A DNA stretch of 64,000 nucleotides from contig CP075496.1 in NCBI GenBank assembly GCA_021613535.1, forward strand, positions 5,270,001 through 5,334,000. The letters are read 5' to 3'. The notes beneath the pieces are model-generated. The model saw only the letters and a list, made by a program, of their open reading frames with translations. It was not told the DNA's origin and made no database searches. The position numbers and the translations under genes were made by a program. The stretch comes from Adineta vaga. Its lineage: Eukaryota; Animalia; Rotifera. Every line of letters starts with the position of its first letter. Within the stretch, counting starts at the first letter, position 1. This document shows, piece by piece, positions 42,101-55,442 of the stretch.

Positions 42101-45100
42101 TCTTTTAGACGATTAGTGCTTTACGTGCTGAGTATGTTGAATGATTCATCTTGATGATAATGATGATTTTCTTTTTTTTTTCTAGCAAAGAAGCTTTGGA
42201 AACCAATCTCTATGAAGCACAAAGTACTATCAGTCAACTTGAAGTTCGTAAAGAACAATTAGAAGGCGAAAATCAAGAATTACTTCTTCGTAAAGAACAA
42301 TTACAAAATGAAATTCAACGACTTCATTTGGAATTGAATGGTGAAATTGAAAAATCTGCTCGTACACGCGATCAATTACAACAACGTTTAACACAATTAG
42401 AACAAGACAAAGAATCAGCTATTCGTCAACATCATCAGGCACATGAAGATGATATCGAACGTATGACACGTGAACGAGAAAAACTTCGTCATGATTTAGA
42501 AACATCACGAGAAGAAATCATTCGTCAATTATCACGTGAAAAAGATGAATTAACACAAAAATATGAAAAAGAAAAAGAAGATTTACATTATGAATTAGCA
42601 AATATTATTACAGAACGTGATCAAGCTTTGATTGAAGCAGAAAATGAAAAACAAAAAGTAAGAAGTTTTTCAAACGAGAATTTGTTTATCTTTGACATGA
42701 TTCGATTTTCTTCTAGCTTCTTTCAATTGCCCAATCTGAACGTAATGCATTAGGAGAAAAATTATCATTAACAAAAGATGATTTATTACGTTTACAAGTT
42801 GAATTTGATAAAGTTCGTCGTGATGCAGCTTTACATCATGAACAAGATCGTCAAGTGATCGGTTCTTTACAAGATGAATTGAAAAAATTCCATATCAAAT
42901 TTGAAGATATTACTCTTGCCAATGATCGTGACATCAAAGCATTAACATCGGATATCGAACAACTGCGCCAACAGAAACAATTACAAAATCATGAAAATTT
43001 TGAATTAAAAACTCAATTAAAACTAACAGAAGATAGTCGTGATCAATTGAAACGTGATTTAATTGAAAGTAATCGACGTATTCGTGAATATGAAGAAAAT
43101 TTAACACTTCAACGAAAAGAAACTCAAGATTTAAAACGTTATTTACAAGATGAACAACGTGATAAAGAATTATCTTTAAGATCGGCTGATGATTTACGTA
43201 CGAAATTGAAGAGTGTAGAAAATGAAAAGATTGATCTTCGACAATTATTAGAAGAAGCTAAACAACGAATTATTGGTACATAAAGAAAAATTGATTTTGT
43301 TTTCTATTGAAAATCTTATTCTTTGTTTTTTTTAAGTACTTGATGAACAAAGATCACAATGTCAAAAGGATGCTAATGATCTACGTCATAATTTACGTGA
43401 TGTCGAACGTTCTCGATTAGAAGCTCGACGTGAATTGCAAGAACTTCGACGACATGTGAAAATGCTCGATGGTGAAACAAAGAAGAAATCCAAAGAAGTC
43501 GAAGATTTAGCTGATCGTGTTCGATTAGATGAACAACGTGAAGAAGAAATGCGCCGAGAAGTATTTGGACAAAAACAAAAATTTGTTGAAGCTGAAGCTT
43601 CACGAGAAGTTCTTCGTAAGGAATTGGCTAATATTCAACGTCATTATGTTGAATTAGAAGATGAACAACGAATGAAAGAACGAGATTATCAATTAGCTAT
43701 CGAAGATTCTCGACGTCTTGGTAACATGAGAAAGTTTTCAAAGAAATAATTCATCTTGTATTTTTCCTTATAGAACGTAAAGCAATTGATGAAAGACGAA
43801 ATGTTGAATTAACACTTGAAGGTGCTAATCAAATGATATCGGAATTACGTGTTATATTATCGGGTGCTGAAGGACGAGCAAGTGCCCTTGATACACAATT
43901 AGCACGGTGAGTTGATGTTTATTTTTGGTAAAGACATCATGAATGAAAATCTTATCTTTTTATATTTAGTGTCGAAGGAGCAAAACGTGATGCAGAATAT
44001 AAATTAGGTAGCATTGTTTCCAGCTTACGTCGTACAATTGGATATGGATCACGCAGTAGCAGTGGTGCACGACTTCGAAGTCGTTCACCAAGTCCAAGTA
44101 TTCGTCGTCGACCGATTTCGCCAACGAAAGGTTTTGACAGTAATGAGAATCGAGCATCACCCATCTTACGACGAGCATCACGAAGTCCACATCAACGTTC
44201 TCGATCACCTGATTATGATGGTGAACGTGCTCGTTCACCTGGTTCGACCTATGTGGATGTTGCTGATGTTGATCCAGAACAAATTCGTACAGCTTTACGT
44301 GATTTTGTTCAAAATTTCATTACTACTGAACGTGAACGAGATGATTGTGCTGGTAAGAAAATAATTCGAAAGAAACATACATTAGAATATGTTTTTCTAT
44401 ATCATTTAGCTGAAGCTGCCGTACTTCGCCGAACAACTAAAGAATTAGAAGATAATCTTCTAAGAACCGAACAACGTTTTAATCAATTACAAAAAACATT
44501 GATGTCATTTGAAGAAGGTAAATTATCTCAAATTGATTCTTCAAACTTTATTTGTTTGTAATCTCTCTCTCTATATATATATATTCAGCTCTCGTTTTTG
44601 TCCTATACTTTTTCTCGGAACATCTAAGTCGTAAGAAAAAAAAGCTGCTCTACTATTGATTCTCCATAGTTAATTAATTTCAAAAGATTGTTTAACTTGA
44701 ACTTATTTTTCTTCATAGACAAAAAAGGTGTTGATACTCGTTTACAAAGCGCCCAAAATGCTTTACTATTACAAGAAGATACTATTCGACGAAGTGAACG
44801 TGAACGTAAAACGATGTTAGATCAAATGACCGCACTTGAACGACAATTATTATCGTTCGATAACGAGAAGAAACAACTCAGTGTAAGTTTGTCTCTTTTC
44901 AAAAATGAATATGATCCCTTTTCTTTTATTTAGGAAAAAGTTGCCTTGTCTAAATCGACTGAATCACGTTTATCGGATGAAAAACGTCAATTAAAACGTG
45001 CATTAGACGAAACTGAAGCTCGTGCAACTGATCTGGAAATGAATCGACGAGGATTAGAAGGTGAACTTCAACGTTTAAATATGATTTTGACCGATAAAGA

Positions 45101-46749
45101 TACTGAAATTCAAGTACATCAAGAACGATGTGAAACATTGATTAGACAAATTCAAGTAAATCAATTTAAAGAAGACTGATTCGATTTTTGTATTAATTAA
45201 AACACAACTATCTTTTAGGATCGTGAAGAAAAATGTCAATCATTGCAATTGAGTGTTGATCGTCTTTCTCTAACATTGGCAAAAGCTGAAGAAGGTGAAT
45301 CAAGTTTGAAAACTCGTGTACAATCACTAAATCAAACATTATCTCAAACAAACTATCAAGCAGCTGATTTACAACAAAAACTTGGTGGTATTCAAGGTGC
45401 CTTACAAAGTAATGAATCTGAACGTCGCGTTCTACAAGATAAACTCGAACAATCACGGTAAAGGATATTCTTTGATTGAATATTTCTTTTCTATAAGATT
45501 TCTTTTTTATTTTGTTAAGATCACAAGTTGCAGAACTTAAAAAGCAAAATCATGAATTACTTGAACGTGTACATCATCTTCAAAATGAAGTTACGGATTC
45601 GGATATGAGACGACATGAATTAGAGAATCAATTACGAAATGCGAATACAGTATGTCATATAAATCATAGAAAAATGCATAGATTGATGTGAATGTTGTTG
45701 TTTTTGTAGCTTCTTGTTCAACGTCAAGAAAGTGAACAAGAAGTGATTCAGAAAATTTCGATTTTAACTACTGATAAACAAGCATTACAAGAGAAGAATG
45801 CTCTTTTACAACGTCAATTAGGCAATCTTGATCTGGAAAAACGCGAAGCTGAAAGATCGAAATTACGTTTAGAAAAAGATAAACATGTTTTAAGAAAAAC
45901 ATTAGACAAGGTTTGTTTTAACATATTATTTTATTCGTATTCAATCAATGATTTGACTTTTTTATTTCAATTTGAAATAGGTCGAACGTGAACGTGTAGT
46001 TACTGAAGATATTATTCGTTCATGGGATCGAGCTGAATTTGATCGACAATTCCGTCGATTGGAAGAAGAAAATATAGTTTTACAACGACAAGTTGAACAT
46101 TTGCAAGCAGCTTTAAATGAATCAGAACAACAACATGCTCAACGGTAACTCATTTTCTAAGTTTTAAGGACTAAAAGATAATGACGAATTTTACTGTATA
46201 GTTTGATTGATTTTACAACAAGAAATCGTCGTGAAACTGAAGCTGAAACTGAACGTATTCGATCTTCTCAAACCGCTGCTGAACGTGCTTTAGAAGCACG
46301 AGAAAAAGCACATCGAGTCCGTGTTAAAGGTCTCGAAGAACAGGTAGATTTTTCTCATTTTCTGTCAACTATATCAATTATACTCTTGGTATCCCTAGAT
46401 TACAACAATAAAAGAGCAACTTCATCAAGAAATGCGTAAACGTCAATCATTTCTAAATCGTTCCTTAGTAAATGGCGACGAAATCAATGCACTTCGTCGA
46501 GAAATTACTGATTCTCTCTCATTTGTCTCACAAGATCCTCATGGTCTTGATCCCGTACTTTTAGATCATGAAACAAAACGATTAGCTGATATTCATGAAC
46601 CACCTGTACGTCATTCATCACCAACACGACGTACACTGTCACCATCAATAGCTATACGTTCAATGCGAGCTGCAGCTGCATCTTCGCCATCTCAACTCGG
46701 TTCTCAATCACCAGGTACACGTGCTCGATTATCAAGACCACGTTATTAA
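33180..46749 (+). CDS. CROCC: Rootletin (ciliary rootlet coiled-coil protein), many exons
   Basis: Very long coiled coil with rootletin motifs RRKLEEEHQNYKRKLSNYQEGQQKQAELVQKLQQK, LWRDIVSFRKQFTELKGTTERDL, RLRDIAQAVLND, STFSAVHAALNKRQVQV, KEALETNLYEAQ, AEYKLGSIVSSLRRTIG, DVDPEQIRTALRDF, ERALEAREKAHRVRVKGLEEQ. Includes a 23-nt microexon at 42109-42131. Confidence 0.93.
37147..37464 (-). CDS. Putative small single-pass membrane protein nested antisense in a rootletin intron
   Basis: MMKNRSILFISILFITISNA (signal-peptide-like), short polar spacer, TM PFIFLSFAITTVYVTLLFVYIF followed by basic RYRIFKK. The 3' end is uncertain: possible donor after IDSQ and possible extra exon near 37030-37075. Confidence 0.45.
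   Translation of the reverse strand: MMKNRSILFISILFITISNAESEISTTNQYEVPFIFLSFAITTVYVTLLFVYIFRYRIFKKSLSIEIDSQGNFLNSNGIQPKQDQYFLLNRFLHRLKTTNERFNE
38077..38094 (+). other. Candidate alternative first coding exon of rootletin (MYRRTQ)
   Basis: ATG TAT CGA CGA ACA CAG|GTATGA is phase 0, matching the phase-0 acceptor at 38402; a GA-rich tract lies at ~37896-37920 upstream. Confidence 0.5.
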
Positions 46750-46813
46750 AATCTAAAACTCTTCAACTTTATACATATTTTTTTTCTTCTTTTTCACTTC
46801 ACATATTTCTTTT

Positions 46814-46843
46814 TGCCTGCCTGCCTGCCTGCCTTCCTGCCTG
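46814..46843 (+). repeat. (TGCC)n/CCTG microsatellite in the rootletin 3' UTR
   Basis: TGCCTGCCTGCCTGCCTGCCTTCCTGCCTG, ~65 nt after the stop codon. Confidence 0.8.
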
Positions 46844-49045
46844 TGGAGACTAGACAACACACACACGTCGAACTCTTTCAGAACAGTGTGACCAACCGTT
46901 GTGAAACATAGAAAAAACAAGTATTCGTCTAGAAGCCTTAGTTCTCAAAAGAAGACAAAAAAAATTACGAAACCAGTGTCATCATTTTCTAACAGTGAAT
47001 GTCTTTTACTTTCTGATTGCCTTAGACTAGTTTGTCATTTTTTAACTCGATTTAAACAAAAAACAATCCTACTTGTATTAATCTCTTCTTCTTCTTCTTT
47101 CTTTTGCTTTTGCATTTCGCTTCTTTTAATATTCTTAATCTCATCGTACCGTCCATAACTATTTTCTTGTAGTTTTATCTAGAAATGATTTTGCCTTGTG
47201 GATGTGACAAATATTTTTTTGGGCTTTTTAAATGAACATGTTTTTTTCTCCTATGTTTTGTCATATTCGTGTGCTGAAGACATTTTTATTATTGTACGCT
47301 GTCTCTTTAAAAATATTCATTTACATTTCTCATCATTCTATTTAGATACCTATCTTTTACTTTTGGTTTGCATTGCATTTTTTTTTCTATTTGAAATAAA
47401 TAAGATGTATTCTTCAAGTCTAATAATTCAGAAGAAATCTTTGGATAAAAATCTTTCAAAATTTAACAAATGATACTCACCTACGATTGTCACAGATGTA
47501 AATATATATTAGTAGCAATGAGTTACTAATTGACTCATCCACTCTACGATATGTTTGACCTGTGAAGTTTATGTTTATTAGTGTGTCAAAAGTATTGATG
47601 CGGGCGACATTCATCAATATTACCTCATCTACAATTGAAATTTAATGTTCTACGTTTAGAGCATTCAGTTCTCTATTTATCATGCATACAGTGAAACTTC
47701 TATCGATAAAATTTCCATTAATTAAACTTTATGTTATTCTTTCATTTAATTTTGTTTGTATTATAAAACTTCGTCGTTTTCTAATTCTATTTTTTTTTGT
47801 CTCTAGTGATTCAATATCATTATTAACCCAATTAACCGATTATATCTTTCATCTTGTTCTTTCTCTTGAACAACAATGATTTGACACATATTGCTCAGAT
47901 TCATTCTTTCTCTTTTTTGTCTTCTAATTCTATTTAAGAAGAAAAGAAAAGATTGCACAGATGTACTGCGAGAGACAAAACACAAAAAAAAATCATATTC
48001 GTTCATCGAAGCATATAAGACAACTTTTACTTAAATTGAACAAGTTGAGAGCTTTTTTGTTTAATTAAAATCAACCAAATGGAAGAATTCAAACACAAAA
48101 TAATTAATGAACTTTTTCGCTTTGTCAAAAAGTTTCTTTTTAATAAGAAACATTGATTTGAGTAATGACATCGACTTAAAACTAAACTCACACAACAATT
48201 AATCTTCTCATATAGATTCTTTTCTCTCTCTCTCTCGTAGAGAAGTGTTAAAATGTTTCATCACAAGTTATTCCTTTGAGATTTTCCGAGAGAAAAAAAA
48301 GAAGATCGATGTCGATGTGTTGTATATGTAATTAAGTCGACAATGAACATCTTCATTTCATTCATAGGAAATGATCTTGAATGATTACGAAGAATTGAAC
48401 TAAAAATGTCTACGATAAATTAATCATTGGTTGAAAGTGAAAAAAAAAGAAAATTTTAATCATTTCTTATTGGTTAAAAAGAAATTTTCTTTTTCATTTG
48501 TGAAATGGATGTGATAAATAAATTGAAATGAACAAGACTTGTGATTTGAAGATAGACAAAAGAGAAATGTTGTTACTTAATCTATTAAACAAGAAACAAC
48601 GAACTCAGTCCATTCTCAATTCTCCTGAGAGTAGAAAAAAAACGGACGAGCTTTTTTTCTTTCTCTCTCTCTGTCTCTCCCCCCTCTTTTTTTATATAGT
48701 TCGAATTCTTTTTCCTCAAAATATCATTGATGCATATCGATTCGGTACAATAGTTGTTGTCGTCTCCTTTAATCAAGTTTCTCTCTTTCTCTCAAACAAC
48801 TGGAGACGAATCATTGGCTTTTCTTCGTCATTTGGCACTGTGTGCGCTTGGAGAAATATTCAATCTATCATATATATATATATATACATACATTCAACAA
48901 GCAGTAACGCTCTATTGGAGACTTTTCTCTCTCTTCTTCTCTGTTGCCGTCGTCGTTGTGCTTCTGTCTATCTTTCTCTTCCCTTCATTGACTTTTGAAG
49001 ACTGTCTCTTGTTTGTGCAAAAGAGACTTGTTACTGTGCGAAACC

Positions 49046-51067
49046 ATGTTTCCGTTCAACCAGTTCGTTGCAGCTCAATACCGATATTCTAAATTCGGTA
49101 GGTACTCTGTATTTTTTCCCCTATCGATTCTTGCCTCCCTCTCTGTTTTTTTATCCCTCTGTGCTCCATTGAATCGATCTTATCTATTATCGGAACTCAT
49201 CATTTCTTTAGTGACAAATATTTCTTTCTACATAGGACATGGAGGTATCAATCAACTCGGTGGAGTTTTTGTTAATGGTCGACCATTACCTGATCTTGTT
49301 CGTCAATCAATTGTTGATTTAGCGAAACAAGGTGTAAGACCATGCGATATTAGTCGACAATTACGTGTTTCACATGGTTGTGTTAGTAAAATTCTTGGAA
49401 GGTAGAATCGAGTTATGATTATATCTATGAACAATCAACAAAATGGGTATTATTTGAATGTTTTAGATATCATGAAACAGGTTCTATTCGTCCAGGAATT
49501 ATTGGCGGAAGTAAACCAAAAGTTGCAACACCAAAAGTTGTTGATGCTATAAGTAATTATAAAAATCAAGCACCAACTATGTTTGCATGGGAAATTCGAG
49601 AACGTTTAATTGCAGATGGAATATGTGATTCCGATAAAGTACCAAGTGTTAGTTCGATTAATAGGTAAATTGAATGGATTTTTTTTCTGTTCTATTGTAT
49701 GTTATGTGAATTAAAAGAATCAATGTTATTTGTCAACTAATGACTCGCAACGACATTGATTTGCCGACTCATTCTCATTTGTTTTTTTCTTCTTCTGCTT
49801 TGATCATTTTTGTCTATTGAATTCCTCTTTAGAATTGTTCGTAATCGTGGAAGTTTAAATGAAAATTGTAAACTCAATAGTCATCATACGAATTCATCAC
49901 CCACAACATCAATAGAAACGACAACAACAACAGAAGGAACAACACCAAATGTTGTCAATAGTACAACAAGTAATGAAGATGATAGTCGAAGTCATGCAAC
50001 AGGTGTTTCATCATCACCAAATGGTTATAGTATTCATAGTTTACTCAATCATTCTCAATATAATTTACATTCCAATGAATATTCAACTAAACGTTCACAT
50101 CATCATCATCATAATCATCATGGATCTCGTTCAAGTCATCATATCGGTAAGAGAGATCATTAGTCAAACTGTCAAAATGATGGACTAGACAAAGACCAAA
50201 TGACGAAATTCTCGGAGGAATTAGAATAATTTTTTCTTTCTTTCTTTCTTTCTTCATTTAGAAATGCAAGACCAGAAACATTTTTCGGCCGAACAAATTG
50301 ATTTTTTGGATAAATTTTTCAAAGATAATCCATGGGCTGAAAATGCTCAAATTGAATCCATTGTTAAAAGCACTGGTTTGACTGAATCAATCATTAGAGT
50401 ATAATAAAAAAAAAAGAAAAATCTTTCGTCAAAAGAACTAGCTTTCTTTGTTTCTTTGAAGGCTTATATTGATCAACGTCGTGCAAAATGGAATTCAATG
50501 TATCCATCAAATAATTATTTAAATTATAGTACAAATGATTTTGCAAATGATTTATCGACTCAATCATCATTTCATAATACAAATCAACAATTCATAGGAA
50601 ATAATACAATGAAAAATGATTTTGATATATCAGCAACACGTTTGTTTTCTTTTTTCATTTTGTTTCGTAATTTGTTTTTTCTTTTGTTTTAGAATCCAAT
50701 GATATTTTTTGTTCATCATCAACATCTTATCCACCATCAACAGGACCAAATTTCGCAGTACCACCACATGCATCAGGTATATTTGTACAATGAACATACG
50801 AAAAAAAGAAAGAACTAATCAAAAATTCATTTTTGTTTTTAGATTATTACTCATCATACCCATATTCAACTGATTGGCGTTATTCATCTTTTCCGAATTT
50901 TAGTAAGTAATGCCAATGTGTAAGTACATAAATTTTGAATTAGAAACCATGTTTTACATAATGATATTTGATTTGTGTTATTAAATATAGATCGTGATAC
51001 TCAACAATATCATCCTTCACATGTATACGATTCATCGCTCAAAACCGAACCTATTCCATTAAAATAA
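49046..51067 (+). CDS. Pax2/5/8: Paired-box transcription factor, Pax2/5/8 (PaxB-like): paired domain, octapeptide and full-length degenerate homeodomain
   Basis: [20 protein letters not shown]...[21 protein letters not shown]|[10 protein letters not shown]...[11 protein letters not shown]...PSVSSINR (Q-R-H residues of the Pax2/5/8 type rather than I-Q-N of Pax6); octapeptide YSIHSLLN (50026-50049); C-terminal YPYSTDWRY. Exons ~49046-49097, 49236-49401, 49467-49664, 49833-50146, 50262-50398, 50462-50639, 50693-50776, 50843-50902, 50991-51067. Confidence 0.9.
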
Positions 51068-51250
51068 CCTGTCATTTGTTGTCTATTTTCATGTTTAAAA
51101 GTTCCTTCATATAAATAAATGTGCATTCTTTGTTCTTGAAAATTCATTTTGTTTTTCGCTTTTTCTTTTACTTCGATTATATGCGAAACAAATAAAAAAT
51201 ATACACACGTACCACACACCCAAAAAAAGACGAAGGAAAAACGTTATTCT

Positions 51251-54200
51251 TTAGAAAACATCATCGTCATCGTCGTGTTCAGGAATATTTTTCATCGATT
51301 GTTTTGAATTATTTGGATTTTTTCTTGTTGGCATATGAGAATCATCCGAGATCATAGGACGAGATGGTCGATCATCATTGGAAGGTGAAAATGAACGTGG
51401 CTAAATATAATGAAATAGTTATTAAATAGAGAATAGTTCAATTGAAAGAAAAATAATTACTATTTTTGAAGCTGAATCTCGTTCGCTAGATCGTATTCGA
51501 CTACCTGAATCAACTTTACCTAAACAAGGATAGGAGAGAATGAAAAATTGAATGAATACAGTTTTCTATACATACTTCTATCATTTGGTAGACTCTGTTT
51601 GGAACCACTAATTTTACCAACAGTAGGCGATGTAGATCGAGGATTGTCAAACGGCGGAGAAGGAGTTCGACGCTAAGATAACAAAATAAATTATAGAATT
51701 CTGAACGCGTATTTCCTTATAGAGATTACCATCGAAGGTGGTTCTCGATCCTTTGCTCCGATTCGATGTCCTGTTGCAAGATTAGCTATAAAACAGAAAA
51801 TGGGAATAATTGAAGACAACAAGTTTCAGATACACACGTCGATCTGAAGACATCGGTCGAGAAGAAATAGAACTTCTAAAACCAGGCGGTGATTGAGAAC
51901 GATGATCGTTGCCTGACGGAGACATAGGACGGTGCTAGTATTTAAGAACAGTAGAAATCAGCTATATTATATATATATATATATTTATTTTGATATGCGT
52001 ACCATCTTTGATGGTGATTCTCGATCATTGAATGAGATTGGATTACCTGAACCCAGTTTATCTAGATTACATAGAGTGATACAGTGAAAAACAATCAATT
52101 TAAATGCATACTTCGACCATCAAATGAATCGTGTCTGGAGCTACTAATTTTACCTACAGCCGGTGATTGAGATCGTTCATCAAGAACAGAAGGAGGTACG
52201 AAACGACCCTAGAATGCAAGAAGAATAATAACTAATCTGTAAAAAAAGCGAAGTCATATATACCGGTTTTGAACTCATTTCACGATCTTTTACTGATATT
52301 CGACTGTTCGATCCCAATTTAACTAAATAAAATAAATTTAAAGGCTATTTTAAATTGATTTCATGACGTACTTCGATCATCAAGTAAATCTTGTTTGGAA
52401 CCACCACTTTTACCTGCAAGTGGTGATGAAGGTCGTTGATCATGGGATGAAGGAGGTTGTCTCTATAAAAAAAAAAGTTATTACGAGCGTAACTAAATAC
52501 ACTATGAACTTACAATTCTTGTCAATGAATCTCCTCTTGGTCGATCAGGTGATTCATGTCGGTTTCTTTCTCTAAAACAAGATCGAGTATTATCTTATTT
52601 ATCATTGTTGTTGTTGCTGCATGTCTTACGGCGAAGATTTTGCTTTCGTGGTTCTTGATGGAGTCGAAACAAAATCTTCACCATCACTGTCGGCAGCTCG
52701 AAATCTATCGCTGCGAGATGGTGATTTCGATCGAGCTCGAGAATCGAACGATCGATCTTGATTTTTATCAATTTCATTGCGATTTAAATAACCACGTAAT
52801 GAAGCTTGAACAGTTTTTAAGGCATTCTATCAATAGTTCAAAATAAATTTGCTACTATCTTAAACTCTTCAAGTATTACTTCATTTAAATTATTCGGTGA
52901 TGACGGCCGATTTTTCATTGTACCACTACCAGGTCTTCCAAAAGTGGGACTTGCAGTTGATGATAGTATTTCTGATGGTTTCTAATAGTAACAACAAACA
53001 AAAAACGAGAATTCATTGTCAAAATATCAGATCGATGTTGTGCTTGAAGTATAACTTACCGCTGAGGAACCGAGTTTTGAACTCCACTAAATAAAGATAA
53101 ATAAATTTGACTGATAATATTAAGAAATACGAGCTTTTACTTTGTCCAGATTTACTTGTCTCATTTTTGCTGGATCTTGTAATGGCTTTTTACGTGATTT
53201 ATCATGACGTCGCCATTCTCGTTGAATGACAGTAGCAGCATGTTTTTCTCGGAAACTTTTCACACGTCTATCATCTTCTCTAGAAAATGAAGACATGAAT
53301 ATTTATTTTCTTTAGAAAACGAAAAAAGCATTCAATCTTACGGCGTCCAATTCTTATTACGTATATTTTTTGTCGAAAGTTTCAACGGTATAACTGCTTT
53401 TTTCTCAGTGAATGAAGAATTAGGCGATCCAGTACGAGATCGAATTTGTCCACTTGATCTTCCAAACGAAGTATTTACTCTAATGAAGCTATAAAACATC
53501 GTTTCAATCAAATTTTTCTTCTTACTTTTCTGAACCTGAAAAAGGTTCCTCGTCTGAGGAACCACGACGAGGCGCGCCCTTCGATAGTTGTGATATTGGT
53601 TTGCGTTCAAGAGGCGATTGAGTTCGTTGTGTAATAGGCGTTCTCGGTCTAATATCTCCACGTATTTCATCATCGTATCTTGATAATGGTGACGAACGAC
53701 CTCCTGGTTTCTGTTTATATTTATCATGTTCACGTTGCATATTCTCAAGATCATCATTAGTTCGTTCGAGTTTTTTCCGAAGTTGATCTCGTTCACGTTT
53801 TATTTCTTCGAGATCTTCATTAGCTTGATCAAATCTATCCCGAAATTGATCACGTTCACGTCGCATTTGTTTAAAATCATCTTTCATTTGCTCAAGTTCA
53901 TGTTCGTAATGTTCACATTCTCTTTGAAGTTTATCAAATTTTTGGTTAAGTTCTTTATCATTACCACGATCCTATAAATATTAAACTCATGTAAGAAGCT
54001 ATTTAATAATGATCAATAATAGTCTACTGTTCATTATATATGCACTCAAAGAAAAGTATCGTAGACATAGGTTAGGTGCCGAAAGGAAAACATACCACTG
54101 AACGTGAAGATAGCTGACCAATGTGTCCGCCTTTTTCAAAATCATCGATTCTTTTCTTTAAACTTTCATTTTCTGTTTTTAATTCATCTTTTTCTCGGTG

Positions 54201-55372
54201 TAATTTTCGTACAGCATTCTTTTGTTCTTCATTCAATGAAGCCATATAATCACTAAATAATATACATTAAAATTAATTTCAATTCTTTAAGAACAACATC
54301 TTGTCTCGTTTACTTTTGAATCAAATTCGATCTTGCTACTTTTTGTCGTTCTAATTCACTGAATAGTGCACGATTTTGTATTTCAAATTCTGTACTTTTC
54401 GTCCATCTGGGATCACTTTTCATTTCACTAGATTTGAAAAAGATATCAATATATCTTAGCTTTTATTGATATCCATACTCAATCGTTGTTTCTTTCTGTT
54501 TCAATTGAGATTCCAATTTGAATACTCGTTGTTTTAAGCTCATTACGACATTCTAAAAATAAAGATAATCGATTAGTTCGAAAGAAAAAGCAAAAAAAAA
54601 GAACAACGAACTGCTGTAGATGAATTATTATTTCGATCTGTTGATGGTCCAGTTAATGTTCGTCGTAAATCTCCATCCTGAAAGAATAGTTTTCATAAGA
54701 GAGTACATTTATTCAGTGGTATACTTTATTTGTATTGTATAGAGCATCGATTTCTTTCATTTTTCGTACATTATCTTCTTCCAATCGTCGAATTTTTGCA
54801 CGAAAATTACTATTTTCTTCTCGTAATGTTTTCATTTCCTGTATTAGAATAGAAAAAACAATCTCTGTGAAATAATTTTAACAAAATTTTAAATCGAACT
54901 TGTTTTAATGATTGTATTTCGTCATAATAATCTTCTTGTGCTTTATATTTTGGATTTCCCATTGTCGATCGATTGACTACGGATACATAAAACATAATTA
55001 AATCAAATTGAAAAGAAAAATCATGTGATCTTACCACTATTTCTCGGAGTCATTTCACTTGCACTTTTTGTACGTGGAATATTTTTTGCTAACATCAATT
55101 CAGTTGGAATTGAAGAATCTTGTTGTGTTAAATGTCGTAAATAATCAGGTGTACTTCGATATGCAAAATCAATATCATCCGTAGAATTTAAATGAGTGAA
55201 TGTTTTCCGTTTTTTATTCATATATCCCGTTAACCCTTAAGATAAAACAAACAATTTCAATTAGATTAAAGTTTTTCTCTTGAATTCAAATACCTCGACC
55301 AGAAGGTAATTGTTCAATATAAATTTCACGTGCATTCTTCATTCGTACTCCTCCATTGCTCATTTTTGACAT
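51251..55372 (-). CDS. IQCE: IQ domain-containing protein E homolog with a repetitive S/P/R-rich C-terminal extension
   Basis: YKAQEDYYDEIQSLKQ|EMKTLREENSNFRAKIRRLEEDN...VVMSLKQRVFKLESQLKQKETTI resembles IQCE (EDMYDEIIELKK...KLRRLEEEN...LKQRILKLEQQ); IQ-like motifs AATVIQREWRRH and KTVQASLRGY; stop at 51251-51253. Confidence 0.8.
51461..52462 (-). repeat. Four tandem copies of a two-exon coding module in IQCE
   Basis: A exons 52372-52462, 52112-52208, 51838-51934, 51576-51672 (91/97/97/97 nt, phase 0 to 1); B exons 52264-52322, 52003-52061, 51730-51785, 51461-51519 (59/59/56/59 nt, phase 1 to 0). Confidence 0.85.
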
Positions 55373-55428
55373 GATGATAGTCTGAAGATATATTGATCGA
55401 AGAATTACGTGTAGATATGCATTTTATT

Positions 55429-55442
55429 GGTACTATGGAAAC
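55429..55442. promoter_or_regulatory. RFX X-box-like element upstream of IQCE
   Basis: GGTACTATGGAAAC (reverse complement GTTTCCATAGTACC), one mismatch to GTTNCCATRGNAAC, ~57 bp upstream of the IQCE ATG. Confidence 0.5.

Noticed and set aside
48528-49092. Long ORFs upstream of Pax (156 aa, 112 aa)
   Set aside because: CT/AT-repeat-rich promoter or 5'UTR sequence with no domain signal.
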